Shown here piece after piece: positions 31,901 through 40,170 of a DNA stretch of 64,000 bases. Under the pieces are notes generated by a model. That model did no database searches and was not told the DNA's origin. It saw only the letters and a list, made by a program, of their open reading frames with translations. The stretch is taken from contig CP064974.1 in the NCBI GenBank assembly GCA_016699385.1, positions 806,791-870,790 on the forward strand. The letters are read 5' to 3'. Each line of letters begins with the position of its first letter. Position 1 is the first letter of the stretch. Made by a program: the position numbers and the translations under genes. Origin of the DNA: Candidatus Moraniibacteriota bacterium (GTDB lineage Bacteria; Patescibacteriota; Minisyncoccia; Moranbacterales; UBA1568).

Positions 31901-33763
31901 GATAAGCATGAAAGCAATCTTCCCTCCCACGACAAATTGAAAGAGGAGTGCGTGTATGCCGTTGTCACGGAAGAATTTCCCCGGTTGGCGCATATGGACC
32001 AGATATGTCTGCATATACCCCTTGATCCATCGCGACCGCTGGCGAATCCAATTCCCCACCTTGCTATTTGCTTCTTCGAGCGTCACCGAGTCTATGATGG
32101 CGGTCCGATGTCCGCGCGTAAAAATCCGCGCACCCAAATCGCAATCTTCCGTCACATTGAATGGATCCCACCCCTCGAGCGCGAGAAGATCTTCGCGGCG
32201 GAAGTGATTGCTCGTACCGCCTAGAGGAATAGACGTTGCAACGGATTGTAGTCCTGGGAGCGTCACATCAAACCACAGCGAATATTCCGCCGTGAAGAGC
32301 CGCGTCAAGATATTTTGATTGGCATTGAAATAGTTGAGCTTTGCCTGCAAACACCACACATCACGCGAGAGCGTCTGGAAACCGAGATACGCTTTCTTGA
32401 GTTGGAGCGGATCGGGAATATCCTCTGCATCATAGATCACGACATACTCGCCGCGCGTCATTGAGAGACCGTAATTGCACGCTTTTGGTTTCGTCTTCGG
32501 CTCGGAATGCGGCACCACGACTATGCGAACAAATGAGGGGAGATTCATCTCCGTTGCCGCATCTATAGTTTCCTGGTCGTTTTCCTCGAGAAGGAGGAGC
32601 GCCTCGAGTTTTTCCTTTGGCCAATCAATCTTCCCAATTGCATCGAGAAATCCCGGGAGAATATGCGCCTCCCGATAGAGCGGACACAGTATGGAATACA
32701 AAGGAAGCTGCTCATCACGAAGCGTGGCAAGCTCTTCGTCCGAAAAAGAAACTTCCGGTGGCTTCTTGAGACTGCGCACCACAAAGAAGGCGTTGAAGAG
32801 CACGTCGAGGAAATAGATACTCGTCAGTATCGCCGTCACCGCAATGAGCGTTGATATCGGACGAAGCAATACGCCCACTACAAATGCAAGCGCAATGCTA
32901 ATCACAACTATTTTCTGCCACGATACAAACGTATGGAGTGCGGATGAATGATGCGCGAGCGTCGAGTGCGTGACGAATCGCTTTCGATTGTGAGCAACTC
33001 CCGCTCCGAGCATACCTTGAACCTTCCCAGCACCAACCGTTTCCGGATGAATACGAAGTGGCGCTCTCTCGCGAAAGCGCAATTTTACTGCATTCCATCC
33101 AATTTCGCGGATTGCCTTCCAGAAAACAATTTTCGATTCCCCCGACGTCCGCTCAGCAAAGGCAATGGTCTGTCCGCCGATTTCATAGCCATAGTTCCGC
33201 GCCGTAAGCAGAAATTCCAAGTCGAATGTCCACGGATCGGGAGTAATCTTCACCTCATGGGCAACGCGCGCCCGAAACACCTTCATGCCCGACTGCACAT
33301 CAACATCGAGACCGTGCAAAAATCGAGAGAAAACGAGTGCAAAACCGCGACTCAAAACTCTCCGGAGAAGACTCGTCTCGCGCTCAATTCGATTGGCAAC
33401 GACAATATCAAACCCGTGATGCAACTTTGCGCACATATCCGGCAGCGCCTCAGGAGGATACTGCAAATCAGCATCAATCATGGCAATCGTCTCGAAGTGT
33501 GCATAATCGAATCCTTCAAGTATCGAGTATGCTTTTCCGCGATTGCCTTTTTTGAGATGAAAAAAAACAGGATACGTCTTTGAAAGTTTTTCAACTTCTG
33601 TCCGTGTCCCGTCTGTCGAATGATCATCGATAAAAATCACCTCGTATTCGATATCCGCCGCACGAAAAGATACGTCAACACGGCGGACCAAGTCCGCCAC
33701 ATTGCCCTCCTCGTTCAATGTCGGCACCAAAACCGAGATTCGCTCCCGTAGCATGAACTTCAC
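28946..33763 (-). CDS. 1605-aa multidomain glycan-assembly protein: GT2 (GtrB/DPM1-like) - TM - processive GT2 (QxxRW) - polytopic MOP/Wzx-like membrane domain - GT4
   Basis: aa 1-240: LVPTLNEEGNV...FIDDHSTDGT...IDADLQYPP (polyprenol-phosphate GT2). aa ~350-700: DAED...QRSRWIKGYMQT (synthase-type GT2). aa ~760-1180: more than 12 hydrophobic helices. aa ~1200-1605: GT4 (KRVLIFNW...EGWGIVAIEANACGTPVIAS). A single uninterrupted ORF. Confidence 0.85.
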   Translation of the reverse strand: MKFMLRERISVLVPTLNEEGNVADLVRRVDVSFRAADIEYEVIFIDDHSTDGTRTEVEKLSKTYPVFFHLKKGNRGKAYSILEGFDYAHFETIAMIDADLQYPPEALPDMCAKLHHGFDIVVANRIERETSLLRRVLSRGFALVFSRFLHGLDVDVQSGMKVFRARVAHEVKITPDPWTFDLEFLLTARNYGYEIGGQTIAFAERTSGESKIVFWKAIREIGWNAVKLRFRERAPLRIHPETVGAGKVQGMLGAGVAHNRKRFVTHSTLAHHSSALHTFVSWQKIVVISIALAFVVGVLLRPISTLIAVTAILTSIYFLDVLFNAFFVVRSLKKPPEVSFSDEELATLRDEQLPLYSILCPLYREAHILPGFLDAIGKIDWPKEKLEALLLLEENDQETIDAATEMNLPSFVRIVVVPHSEPKTKPKACNYGLSMTRGEYVVIYDAEDIPDPLQLKKAYLGFQTLSRDVWCLQAKLNYFNANQNILTRLFTAEYSLWFDVTLPGLQSVATSIPLGGTSNHFRREDLLALEGWDPFNVTEDCDLGARIFTRGHRTAIIDSVTLEEANSKVGNWIRQRSRWIKGYMQTYLVHMRQPGKFFRDNGIHALLFQFVVGGKIAFMLINPLLWLQTILYFAFRPVVGPAIEALYPPVVFYMAVVSLIFGNFLAMYYYMIGCAKREKWELMKWVFLIPFYWLLVSVAAVMAAYQLLVKPHYWEKTTHGLHLLKRKKKTLDGASEKKVEKVLGPSIRVSPENFFATSLQRGTRGVLRYFSNTFSWISGQSRSIGALLRKFSSREYTRPILDFAFSAEGLFVIATFLSNVLNFAFNAFLGRMLSFETLGMIALLNTLWYLALVFISPFSTTINREVSYLSARNGEKEALVFWASIMRIGLIASVFVTALWLFAVPALSRFFHVGDVLLLFSFAPLLAGGLLAFGNFGYLQGALRFRAAAILSLVEAGSKLIIALGFVFSGLHEYVYLSIPVSVILAAFSSFFLIPGAGKSLLNAPQSRTFPLEFFSAAILVTVSTAMFTTVDVLLAKHFMSERGAGEYALLSLVGKVIFFLGTMPNMFMVTFVGRNRGLGKGTKNIFWIIYGLSACVVAGSVVLLGFFDGALSMFLFGGKVSAVLQFLPMYTIAIAFFTLSTIIVTYHLARKQYIFVFAALLMSGAEAIGIILFHSSLDHIVDSVFLSSLCGWILLSALHIAEPSFRFFERAVRDFLDAFRGRFPEETAPLQGKRVLIFNWRDTKHAYGGGAEVYVEEIAKRWVADGNSVTMFCGNDGHQSRHETRHGIRIVRRGGFYLVYVWAVIYYFARFRGKFDVIIDCENGIPFFTPLYVKEPVVCLLHHVHQEVFFQFLPKPLAFLASFLEKTMMPLVYSKAPFVTVSQSSQHEMELLGIGKAGISVVHPGVHLDDFVPVEQKSDRPTLLYLGRLKAYKSVGVLLHAFKMVVAERPESKLIIAGDGDDEMNLKRLAFETLRLGTDHVEFLGRVSEEEKKKLLQESWMLVNPSMMEGWGIVAIEANACGTPVIASNVPGLRDSVKNPHSGFLVPYGDADAFAEKILLLIRDRELRLNMNISAREWAERFDWNLSSAQLLEVVSVRDENRPL

Positions 33764-33936
33764 TCGTGGACAACCGTTTCAACAACAAAGAAATTCCCGA
33801 AAGACATCACCATCAGCTTTTGTCTTTTCTGTATTTCCAGATGAAACGCGACGCAGCGTGCCCGAATATATGGATGAAATCTGATGATATACTTTCGGCT
33901 CCACAAGTGTCAATATTGACAAAACAACAAAAAACT

Positions 33937-34590
33937 TCATCTAATCATGCCTGTATCTTCATGCTGCCACTTCCATGCCTCAGGAAAGATACTCTGCGCT
34001 ATACGAAAGATGCTATATGTGATAAAAAATGCCGAGAACACATCGATAGAATAGTGCAAATGTCCCACGAGCACTCCAATCGCAAAGACAATCGACATCG
34101 AGAGAAACACGACGCGCACAAATACGATGTCCCAAAAAAGAAGTGCGATCAGAAAAGGCAACCCCGTATGCCCCGAGAAGAAAAGGTCGTTGCCGGAAAG
34201 AAGTCGAGCAAAAAGCACCCCATCATCGAGCACTACCTTGTCCGGCGACGGACCAAGGTGTGTGAGAACAATAAACATCGACCGAATAAGAATAAACAAC
34301 GCGACGCTTTTCAAAACAAACGGGATGCTCTTTGGCAAAGCAAGACACGTTCCCAAGAGAAATAGCCCCAAGAAAAGCGCACCTACACCAAGAAGACCAT
34401 CGACATCGAGCACGGGAATATTATCGAGGATAATATCCGTCACCGAATTGCTCGCCCAAATATCCGCATACGCGCTCGCGAAATGATTCGCAACAATACT
34501 CGTTGCAAGAAAAAACACCCCCTCGAGGACACTCCTCACAAATGCCGAATTCGTCCACAATTCTCGATGCTTCTGCAAAAAACTTCGCAT
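33937..34590 (-). CDS. PAP2-superfamily membrane phosphatase (lipid/polyprenyl-phosphate phosphatase-like)
   Basis: 217 aa, polytopic. PSGH-type motif (FFSGHTG) and an SR...H...D-type motif (VGHLHYSIDV). Confidence 0.6.
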   Translation of the reverse strand: MRSFLQKHRELWTNSAFVRSVLEGVFFLATSIVANHFASAYADIWASNSVTDIILDNIPVLDVDGLLGVGALFLGLFLLGTCLALPKSIPFVLKSVALFILIRSMFIVLTHLGPSPDKVVLDDGVLFARLLSGNDLFFSGHTGLPFLIALLFWDIVFVRVVFLSMSIVFAIGVLVGHLHYSIDVFSAFFITYSIFRIAQSIFPEAWKWQHEDTGMIR

Positions 34591-34601
34591 AGATAGATAC
34601 T

Positions 34602-36539
34602 TTATCGGATATCGCGGAAACTTTTTGTAAACGGTTTTTTGAAAAAAAGTATCCAGAGATGGTTCGAAACGTAAAGAAAAGCAGCAGAGAAAACGCCCTC
34701 GCGCTTCAGACGGCGACCGGATGTACGCATCGGCAAAGCGAAGGTGAAACGAACGAATCCTTCTTTCTGGATGCGTCGCGCAATGTCCGTATCTTCTCCA
34801 AAGAAAGCAATATCAACATCAAATCCACCGATACTCTCGAGTGCAGACCGCTTCAACACAAAATTTCCCCCTTGAATCATAGCTCCCGAACGAAGCACAT
34901 GTTGATTGAAGAAATGAAAAAGAAAACCGAATAAATAGTAGACCCGAACAAAGAAATTCGTAAATGCCGGAATATCGTAGTAAATATACGGCCCGCTCAA
35001 GGCAACTAAATCATTCCGCCTCGAAAACTCCCGAAAAACTCTGTCGATCCAACCTCTTGGTACAAGGGAATCCGCATCGATATTGGCAATGAGATCGCCA
35101 TGCGAAGCAAGAAATCCTGCCTGACGCGCCCGAGGCAAACCCTTCTGAGGTTCATCCACCACAATGACATGAGGAAATCCGAGCGCAATTTCTCGCGTCC
35201 GATCGGTACTCGCATTATTCACAACAATCACTTCGATATCACGACCACTCTCCTCTATTCTCTTTACAATCGACTGGAGCGTCTTCCCAATAAACTTCTC
35301 TTCATTGTACGCAGGGATGACGACGCTAAGCGCCGGCTTCCCCGCTTCTGAGGGTTCTCCGAGAACTCGTTGGAATATTTTCTCCCACTCACCCACGACG
35401 GCAGACACGGAAAATTCGCGCACAAAACTCATTCCGTTTTCCCCGAGCCGCTTCACCTCTTCCGGATGAGAAAAAAGAAAGAGTATCCTCTCCGCAAGAC
35501 CAGACACATCGCCCGGTGGAACGACGAACCCCGCATTCTTCGGCACATATTCCGGTAGTCCATAGGCATCAGCAGCAATCACTGGTAGCCCCGAAGCAAA
35601 GGCGTGCATCATACTCAAGCACTGCGTCTCTGCCGTGCTCATTACTGCGAAAATATCGGAAGCCCGATAAATCTCAGCGAACTCTTTTTGTTTCAGATAA
35701 CCGAGAAAATGCACATTTTGTTCCAAGTCAAGTTCCCGTGCCACCTGTCGAAGAGATGCTTCAGCACTGCCATGCCCGGTAATCGCAAACGAAATATCCG
35801 GAATGGTTTTCTTTGCAATTGCCATCGCGCGAAGCACAACGTCAATCCCCTTTTCCTGCGCGATTCGCCCGGTATACAGAAGTGTATGCTGAGACAATCC
35901 AAATTTCTTTTTCAGTTGATTTTTTTCTTCAAAAGAAGAGCTTGGGGAAAAATCCGACAATTCAAGAGGATTTGAGAGTACGTGTGACTTCGCATGGAAG
36001 CCAAATGTCTCCATCTCAGAGAGGAGTGCACGAGACGGCGCACTCACAAAAACGCAGTGACGATAATACCAATTCACATATTTAAGGCTTAGCCTTTTCA
36101 CCCACCGAAACGAAAGTGGGCTATATTTCAAAAACTCGGTAATCGGCGTGTGATTGGTGCCAATGAGCGGCTTTTTCAAGAGTTTCGAAACAAAAAGCGC
36201 CTCCAGCCCCGCACCAAAAACATCTTGTGTATATATGATATCCGGATCAAATTCTTTGACAGAACGATAGCTCAAGAGACATGGAAAAACGACGCGACTT
36301 TGTCGTGTTGGTGATTGCGGAAAAGGAAACGAAAACAATCGAACGATTTCAATATTTTTATTGAGTTCCAACTCGTGAAATGGCAATTTCGAAATAGCAA
36401 AATCTCGCCGAGAATACCGTGGCACATAAAAACATACTCGATGTCCCTTCGCTGCCAATCCCTTCGCCAGCGTAATGACGGAATCGGATATTCCGCTCAT
36501 CTCCGGATAGAAGTTATCCAAAAATATCGCTATTTTCAT
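34602..36539 (-). CDS. bifunctional glycosyltransferase: N-terminal GT4 (GT-B) fused to C-terminal GT2 (GT-A)
   Basis: N-terminal MKIAIFLDNFYPEMSGISD...GHGSAEAS...VPPGDVSGL (GT4). C-terminal LSVVIPAYNEEKFI...VVNNASTDRT...IDADSL (GT2). The ORF opens at 36614, but the likely start is MKIAIFL at 36539. Confidence 0.8.
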   Translation of the reverse strand: MKIAIFLDNFYPEMSGISDSVITLAKGLAAKGHRVCFYVPRYSRRDFAISKLPFHELELNKNIEIVRLFSFPFPQSPTRQSRVVFPCLLSYRSVKEFDPDIIYTQDVFGAGLEALFVSKLLKKPLIGTNHTPITEFLKYSPLSFRWVKRLSLKYVNWYYRHCVFVSAPSRALLSEMETFGFHAKSHVLSNPLELSDFSPSSSFEEKNQLKKKFGLSQHTLLYTGRIAQEKGIDVVLRAMAIAKKTIPDISFAITGHGSAEASLRQVARELDLEQNVHFLGYLKQKEFAEIYRASDIFAVMSTAETQCLSMMHAFASGLPVIAADAYGLPEYVPKNAGFVVPPGDVSGLAERILFLFSHPEEVKRLGENGMSFVREFSVSAVVGEWEKIFQRVLGEPSEAGKPALSVVIPAYNEEKFIGKTLQSIVKRIEESGRDIEVIVVNNASTDRTREIALGFPHVIVVDEPQKGLPRARQAGFLASHGDLIANIDADSLVPRGWIDRVFREFSRRNDLVALSGPYIYYDIPAFTNFFVRVYYLFGFLFHFFNQHVLRSGAMIQGGNFVLKRSALESIGGFDVDIAFFGEDTDIARRIQKEGFVRFTFALPMRTSGRRLKREGVFSAAFLYVSNHLWILFFKKPFTKSFRDIR

Positions 36540-36549
36540 AGGAATCGTA

Positions 36550-38904
36550 TCAAGAAGACGTTGCTTGCTCTGCACGAGAAAACCACCGAGCAAGGGCATA
36601 TTGAAGTCCTCCATATGCTACCATAACCAGGAAAAAGCGCACGAAAAGGGGAGGGGATACCGGCGGAATATCTATTTCAAAAAAACGCAAGACAAATGGA
36701 ATTTGGAGCATTACCGGAAGCAGCACGACTTCGAACACGACCAACATTCCAAGATTTCTCACTTCCGAAGACGCGAGTTTCCCTCGAAAGACTCGCGGAA
36801 CAAACAAAAAGAAAATGAATCCGAGAATAAGCGAAGCGAGCACAATCAAAAAATTCGACGGTGCGGATTTTAGCTGGTCACTGCTCATCGCAAAAATAAA
36901 TGCGAGTGCGAGAGTCTGCAGAAACGACGAAGAAACAACAAACGGCAGAATTTTCCGAAGAAAGTTCCCTGCATGTGCCGCAACCGCCTTCCCTGCCGGA
37001 CGAATCGTCCAATAGGAAATGAGAATGCTTGGGAAACCAATGGTGAAATAATTCACCAGCGTCATATTGAGCGGCGTAAGTGGAAAGGCATAGCCCAAGA
37101 CACTCACCCATATAAAGAAGAAAAATCCCGTAAACGAGAAGCTGAAGAAAATGCTCGCAAAAATCTCGGCATTCTTGATAATACTGTCTGCCAATTCTAC
37201 ACCCCCCGGAAGCGCCGTGAAGCTATTGTTCGTCAGCACAATCGAGGCAACCTGCCGCGTCGCGGGCGCCCCTTCAAACATCGCGATACCGAGGTCTGAC
37301 TTCTTGAGTGCGAGCGCATCATTGGCACCGTCCCCCACCATCGCCGTGAACCCATCGGTCTTCAACGCTTCGACGATTTTTTCTTTCTGCTCGGGAAAAA
37401 TCCGCGCAAAAATCGTTGTGCCCTGCACGCGCTCATTAAATTCCTCTTCTGTCCACTGCGCAATATCCGCGCCCGTCACCGCCAGTTCGACATGATCAAC
37501 ACCTGCCGACCGAGCAATCGCGCGCACGGTGTCCACATTGTCGCCCGAGAGTATGCGAATACGAACGCCTCGTTTTTGGAAAAATTCGACAGCATCTCGG
37601 ATACCCGGACGGAGCTCACTCGAAAGCACAAAGACACCGAGCAATGAGAGTTTCGTCTGTGCGATATCTTTCGGAATGTTGTTACCCTTAGCTGTCGCAA
37701 GACAGAGAAGTCGCTTCCCGTCACGTGCCTCGCGCAAGAGCAAATCCTGAAGCCACGACTGTTCCGTGACAGAAAGAAGCTGTGGCATAACCACCTCCGC
37801 CGCACCAACAAGGAGTGTCGTCACCTCTCCCGAAACTTCCTTAAATGAGACCGCGCCAAATCGACGCCACGAAGAAAACGGGAGTGCATCGAGCACTCCT
37901 CCACTATCCCCGTGAGGTGCGATAAACTTCCGTACAGCGAGAGCCGTTTGCGACGTATCATGCGTCCCATCGAGATACACCATCATGTGTTCAAAAACCC
38001 GCGCTTCCGATACGCTCTCCGGCGACAAAAATCGCTCCGTTGTAAGACCGTTCTCACACAGTGTCCCCGTCTTATCCATGCAAAGATTTTTGATTCGTCC
38101 AAGCTTCTCGGTCGCATTCACCTCTTGCAAGAGCACATGTCGCTGAAACAAATGTGCCGCTCCATACGCGAAGAGAAGCGTCATGCCAAATGCGAGTCCC
38201 TGTGCCACGATAACACTCGCAAGCGCACCCACGTGCTTCACAATGCTCACATTCGACTCGTGTGTCAAAACTCCACGCGCCACCGCAAAGAGAACGACGA
38301 CGACGAGCACGTACCCGGAATACCGAATAACCGTACTCACCGATTTCTGAATTGGACTCTCGGCAACTGCGGAACGCTGTATCCCCTCGGTCATGCGCGC
38401 GATACGGCTCTCAGCAAAGACTGTCTCCGCGCGCATCAAACCAGAGCCGGAAGTGATAATACTCCCCGCAAGCACGCGCTCCCCTGCGCCGCGCGGCAAA
38501 GACGCCGACTCGCCCGTAATCAAACCCTCATTCAATTCGAGAGACTCCGATGATACCAGCGTGCCATCGCAGGGCACCTGATCACCTATGCCAAGCTGAA
38601 GCGTGTCTCCTTTGCGAATATCTTCCGTCATCACAGATTCCTCCTGTCCGTCTCGTATGCGCTTCACGTGAGGCGCCGTCAAAAGCTGGAGCTTTTCGAG
38701 CGCGCTCCATGCACGGATATCCTGTGCAAGACCAAGCGCCATATTCACCACCGTCACGAGCCCCAAGAACACTCCTGCCTGCCGATCACCAAAGACAAAA
38801 AGCAACCCTACGACAGTCAAAATGACGCCATTCGTCAGGAGAAACACGTTCCGCGAAACGATATACCACAAATCACGGAGTTTTTTCGCGCGTGGTGACA
38901 CCAT
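36550..38904 (-). CDS. cation-transporting P-type ATPase (E1-E2, P2/P3-like)
   Basis: TGES actuator motif, DKTGTLCENGL phosphorylation site, GDGANDALALKKSDLGIAM hinge, and 8-10 TM helices. Confidence 0.9.
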   Translation of the reverse strand: MVSPRAKKLRDLWYIVSRNVFLLTNGVILTVVGLLFVFGDRQAGVFLGLVTVVNMALGLAQDIRAWSALEKLQLLTAPHVKRIRDGQEESVMTEDIRKGDTLQLGIGDQVPCDGTLVSSESLELNEGLITGESASLPRGAGERVLAGSIITSGSGLMRAETVFAESRIARMTEGIQRSAVAESPIQKSVSTVIRYSGYVLVVVVLFAVARGVLTHESNVSIVKHVGALASVIVAQGLAFGMTLLFAYGAAHLFQRHVLLQEVNATEKLGRIKNLCMDKTGTLCENGLTTERFLSPESVSEARVFEHMMVYLDGTHDTSQTALAVRKFIAPHGDSGGVLDALPFSSWRRFGAVSFKEVSGEVTTLLVGAAEVVMPQLLSVTEQSWLQDLLLREARDGKRLLCLATAKGNNIPKDIAQTKLSLLGVFVLSSELRPGIRDAVEFFQKRGVRIRILSGDNVDTVRAIARSAGVDHVELAVTGADIAQWTEEEFNERVQGTTIFARIFPEQKEKIVEALKTDGFTAMVGDGANDALALKKSDLGIAMFEGAPATRQVASIVLTNNSFTALPGGVELADSIIKNAEIFASIFFSFSFTGFFFFIWVSVLGYAFPLTPLNMTLVNYFTIGFPSILISYWTIRPAGKAVAAHAGNFLRKILPFVVSSSFLQTLALAFIFAMSSDQLKSAPSNFLIVLASLILGFIFFLFVPRVFRGKLASSEVRNLGMLVVFEVVLLPVMLQIPFVLRFFEIDIPPVSPPLFVRFFLVMVAYGGLQYALARWFSRAEQATSS

Positions 38905-38907
38905 AGA

Positions 38908-40098
38908 TTATTTTTTTGGACAGACTGAATTGAAAAGTCGCCGATCTTCCTCAGTGAGCACCGGCTTCTGTTCACCAACAGACGGATACATAATGGATTC
39001 GCTTTCCGTCGCATGTCCGATACCGAGCGCATGTCCCATTTCATGAGCAAGAATAAGCACAAGGTCAGCATGATTATAAAACTGAAATACATCAATACGC
39101 GCTCCGGAAGCGTCCTTTGTATAAAGTCCCGTCGTGAATTCTTCTCGCATACCGTAGACTTGATTGTAACTGTCGACGGTCAGATTGAGCGCACTTGCCA
39201 TACGATTGAGACTCCCCGCAGTCGTATTCACCTGACCGGAGAGTGCATTCAACACGCCGAAGTCTTTCTCAAGCGACGCTTTTTCGTTATTCAAACTATT
39301 TCTCTCCTCTCCAATCATGGACGATTCTTTCTTGAGCGATTTCCGTTCATCCTCAAGCTCGTCATATTCATCGGGAGGTGCACCCCCTTGGGCATTCCAC
39401 TGTGCAACCAATTGCTCATACGACTGAAAACGATCGTTATACTCCGCCACCCGATGTTCGTACTCACGAAGTTCCTGCTCATATCGAGTGACGCGTGTAT
39501 CATATGCCGATTGTTTCCGATCAAACTCTTTCCGACTCGACTCATAGTCAGCGCGCAACGCTTCATAGGCGGACTTCTGACTTTCAATATCCGATGATGC
39601 TTCTTTTAAAGAATCCGTCTGTGCCTGACGATCATCAAAAACAAGGTTAAACGGAATCGCATCCGCATCAGCACGCTCCACAAAAAGGTCACGATCAAGC
39701 CCCGTTTCCCACAACGCCTCCGCTTCATGAATCGCCGACAAAAGCTCCGTCTCCGAGAAATGAAAACTCGGATCAAGAGTACCGGCGCGATAGGATAGAG
39801 GAAATCGACACGAATCATCCAGTGCCGGAATGACACGTGACAATACTGCACGCGAAGAAGACACTGTCGGCATCTTCCCCGTTTTCATCGCAAAGACAAT
39901 TGCAAACGAAGACGTCAAAACTACCACCGAAAGAAGTACTGCCCGAATCGCACGAAGAAAAAAAGTCATACAAAACAATAATATGTTGTCCTGTCTGGTA
40001 GAAATTCCTAGAAAAGTATCAAAGAGACATGCTTCTCGTACTGTTTTTCGGAAGGAATTATTTTTTTGCGACTTTCGAAAATGAGCGCGAAAAGACAA
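38908..40098 (-). CDS. membrane-anchored matrixin-like zinc metalloprotease (metzincin) with a central coiled coil
   Basis: C-terminal HEMGHALGIGH...SIMYP (HExxHxxGxxH plus Met-turn). N-terminal TM helix. Heptad-rich region (AYEALRADYESSRKEFDRKQSAYDTRVTRYEQELREYEH). The start may be 39969. Confidence 0.7.
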   Translation of the reverse strand: MSFRAHFRKSQKNNSFRKTVREACLFDTFLGISTRQDNILLFCMTFFLRAIRAVLLSVVVLTSSFAIVFAMKTGKMPTVSSSRAVLSRVIPALDDSCRFPLSYRAGTLDPSFHFSETELLSAIHEAEALWETGLDRDLFVERADADAIPFNLVFDDRQAQTDSLKEASSDIESQKSAYEALRADYESSRKEFDRKQSAYDTRVTRYEQELREYEHRVAEYNDRFQSYEQLVAQWNAQGGAPPDEYDELEDERKSLKKESSMIGEERNSLNNEKASLEKDFGVLNALSGQVNTTAGSLNRMASALNLTVDSYNQVYGMREEFTTGLYTKDASGARIDVFQFYNHADLVLILAHEMGHALGIGHATESESIMYPSVGEQKPVLTEEDRRLFNSVCPKK

Positions 40099-40123
40099 GA
40101 AAAAAATAATTCCTTCCGAAAAA
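40044..40123. repeat. perfect 24-bp inverted repeat (TTTTTCGGAAGGAATTATTTTTTT ... AAAAAAATAATTCCTTCCGAAAAA) with a 32-nt spacer
   Basis: Arms 40044..40067 and 40100..40123 are exact reverse complements. The repeat sits in the divergent region between the metalloprotease (-) and the hydrogenase small subunit (+). Confidence 0.9.
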
Positions 40124-40170
40124 CAAACTTTCTTAACAGGCTATTAGATTCATGCTACCATACTGGTACT

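Noticed and set aside
36565-37300. Plus-strand ORFs (102-108 aa) inside the P-type ATPase gene
   Set aside because: They are antisense shadow ORFs, Lys/Arg-rich, with no motifs.
40066-40170. N-terminal extension of the hydrogenase small-subunit ORF (MRLSKMSAKRQEKNNSFRK...)
   Set aside because: This stretch coincides with the right arm of the 24-bp inverted repeat and is low complexity. The conserved small-subunit sequence begins at MNQTSKKLRIGWF (ATG 40171).
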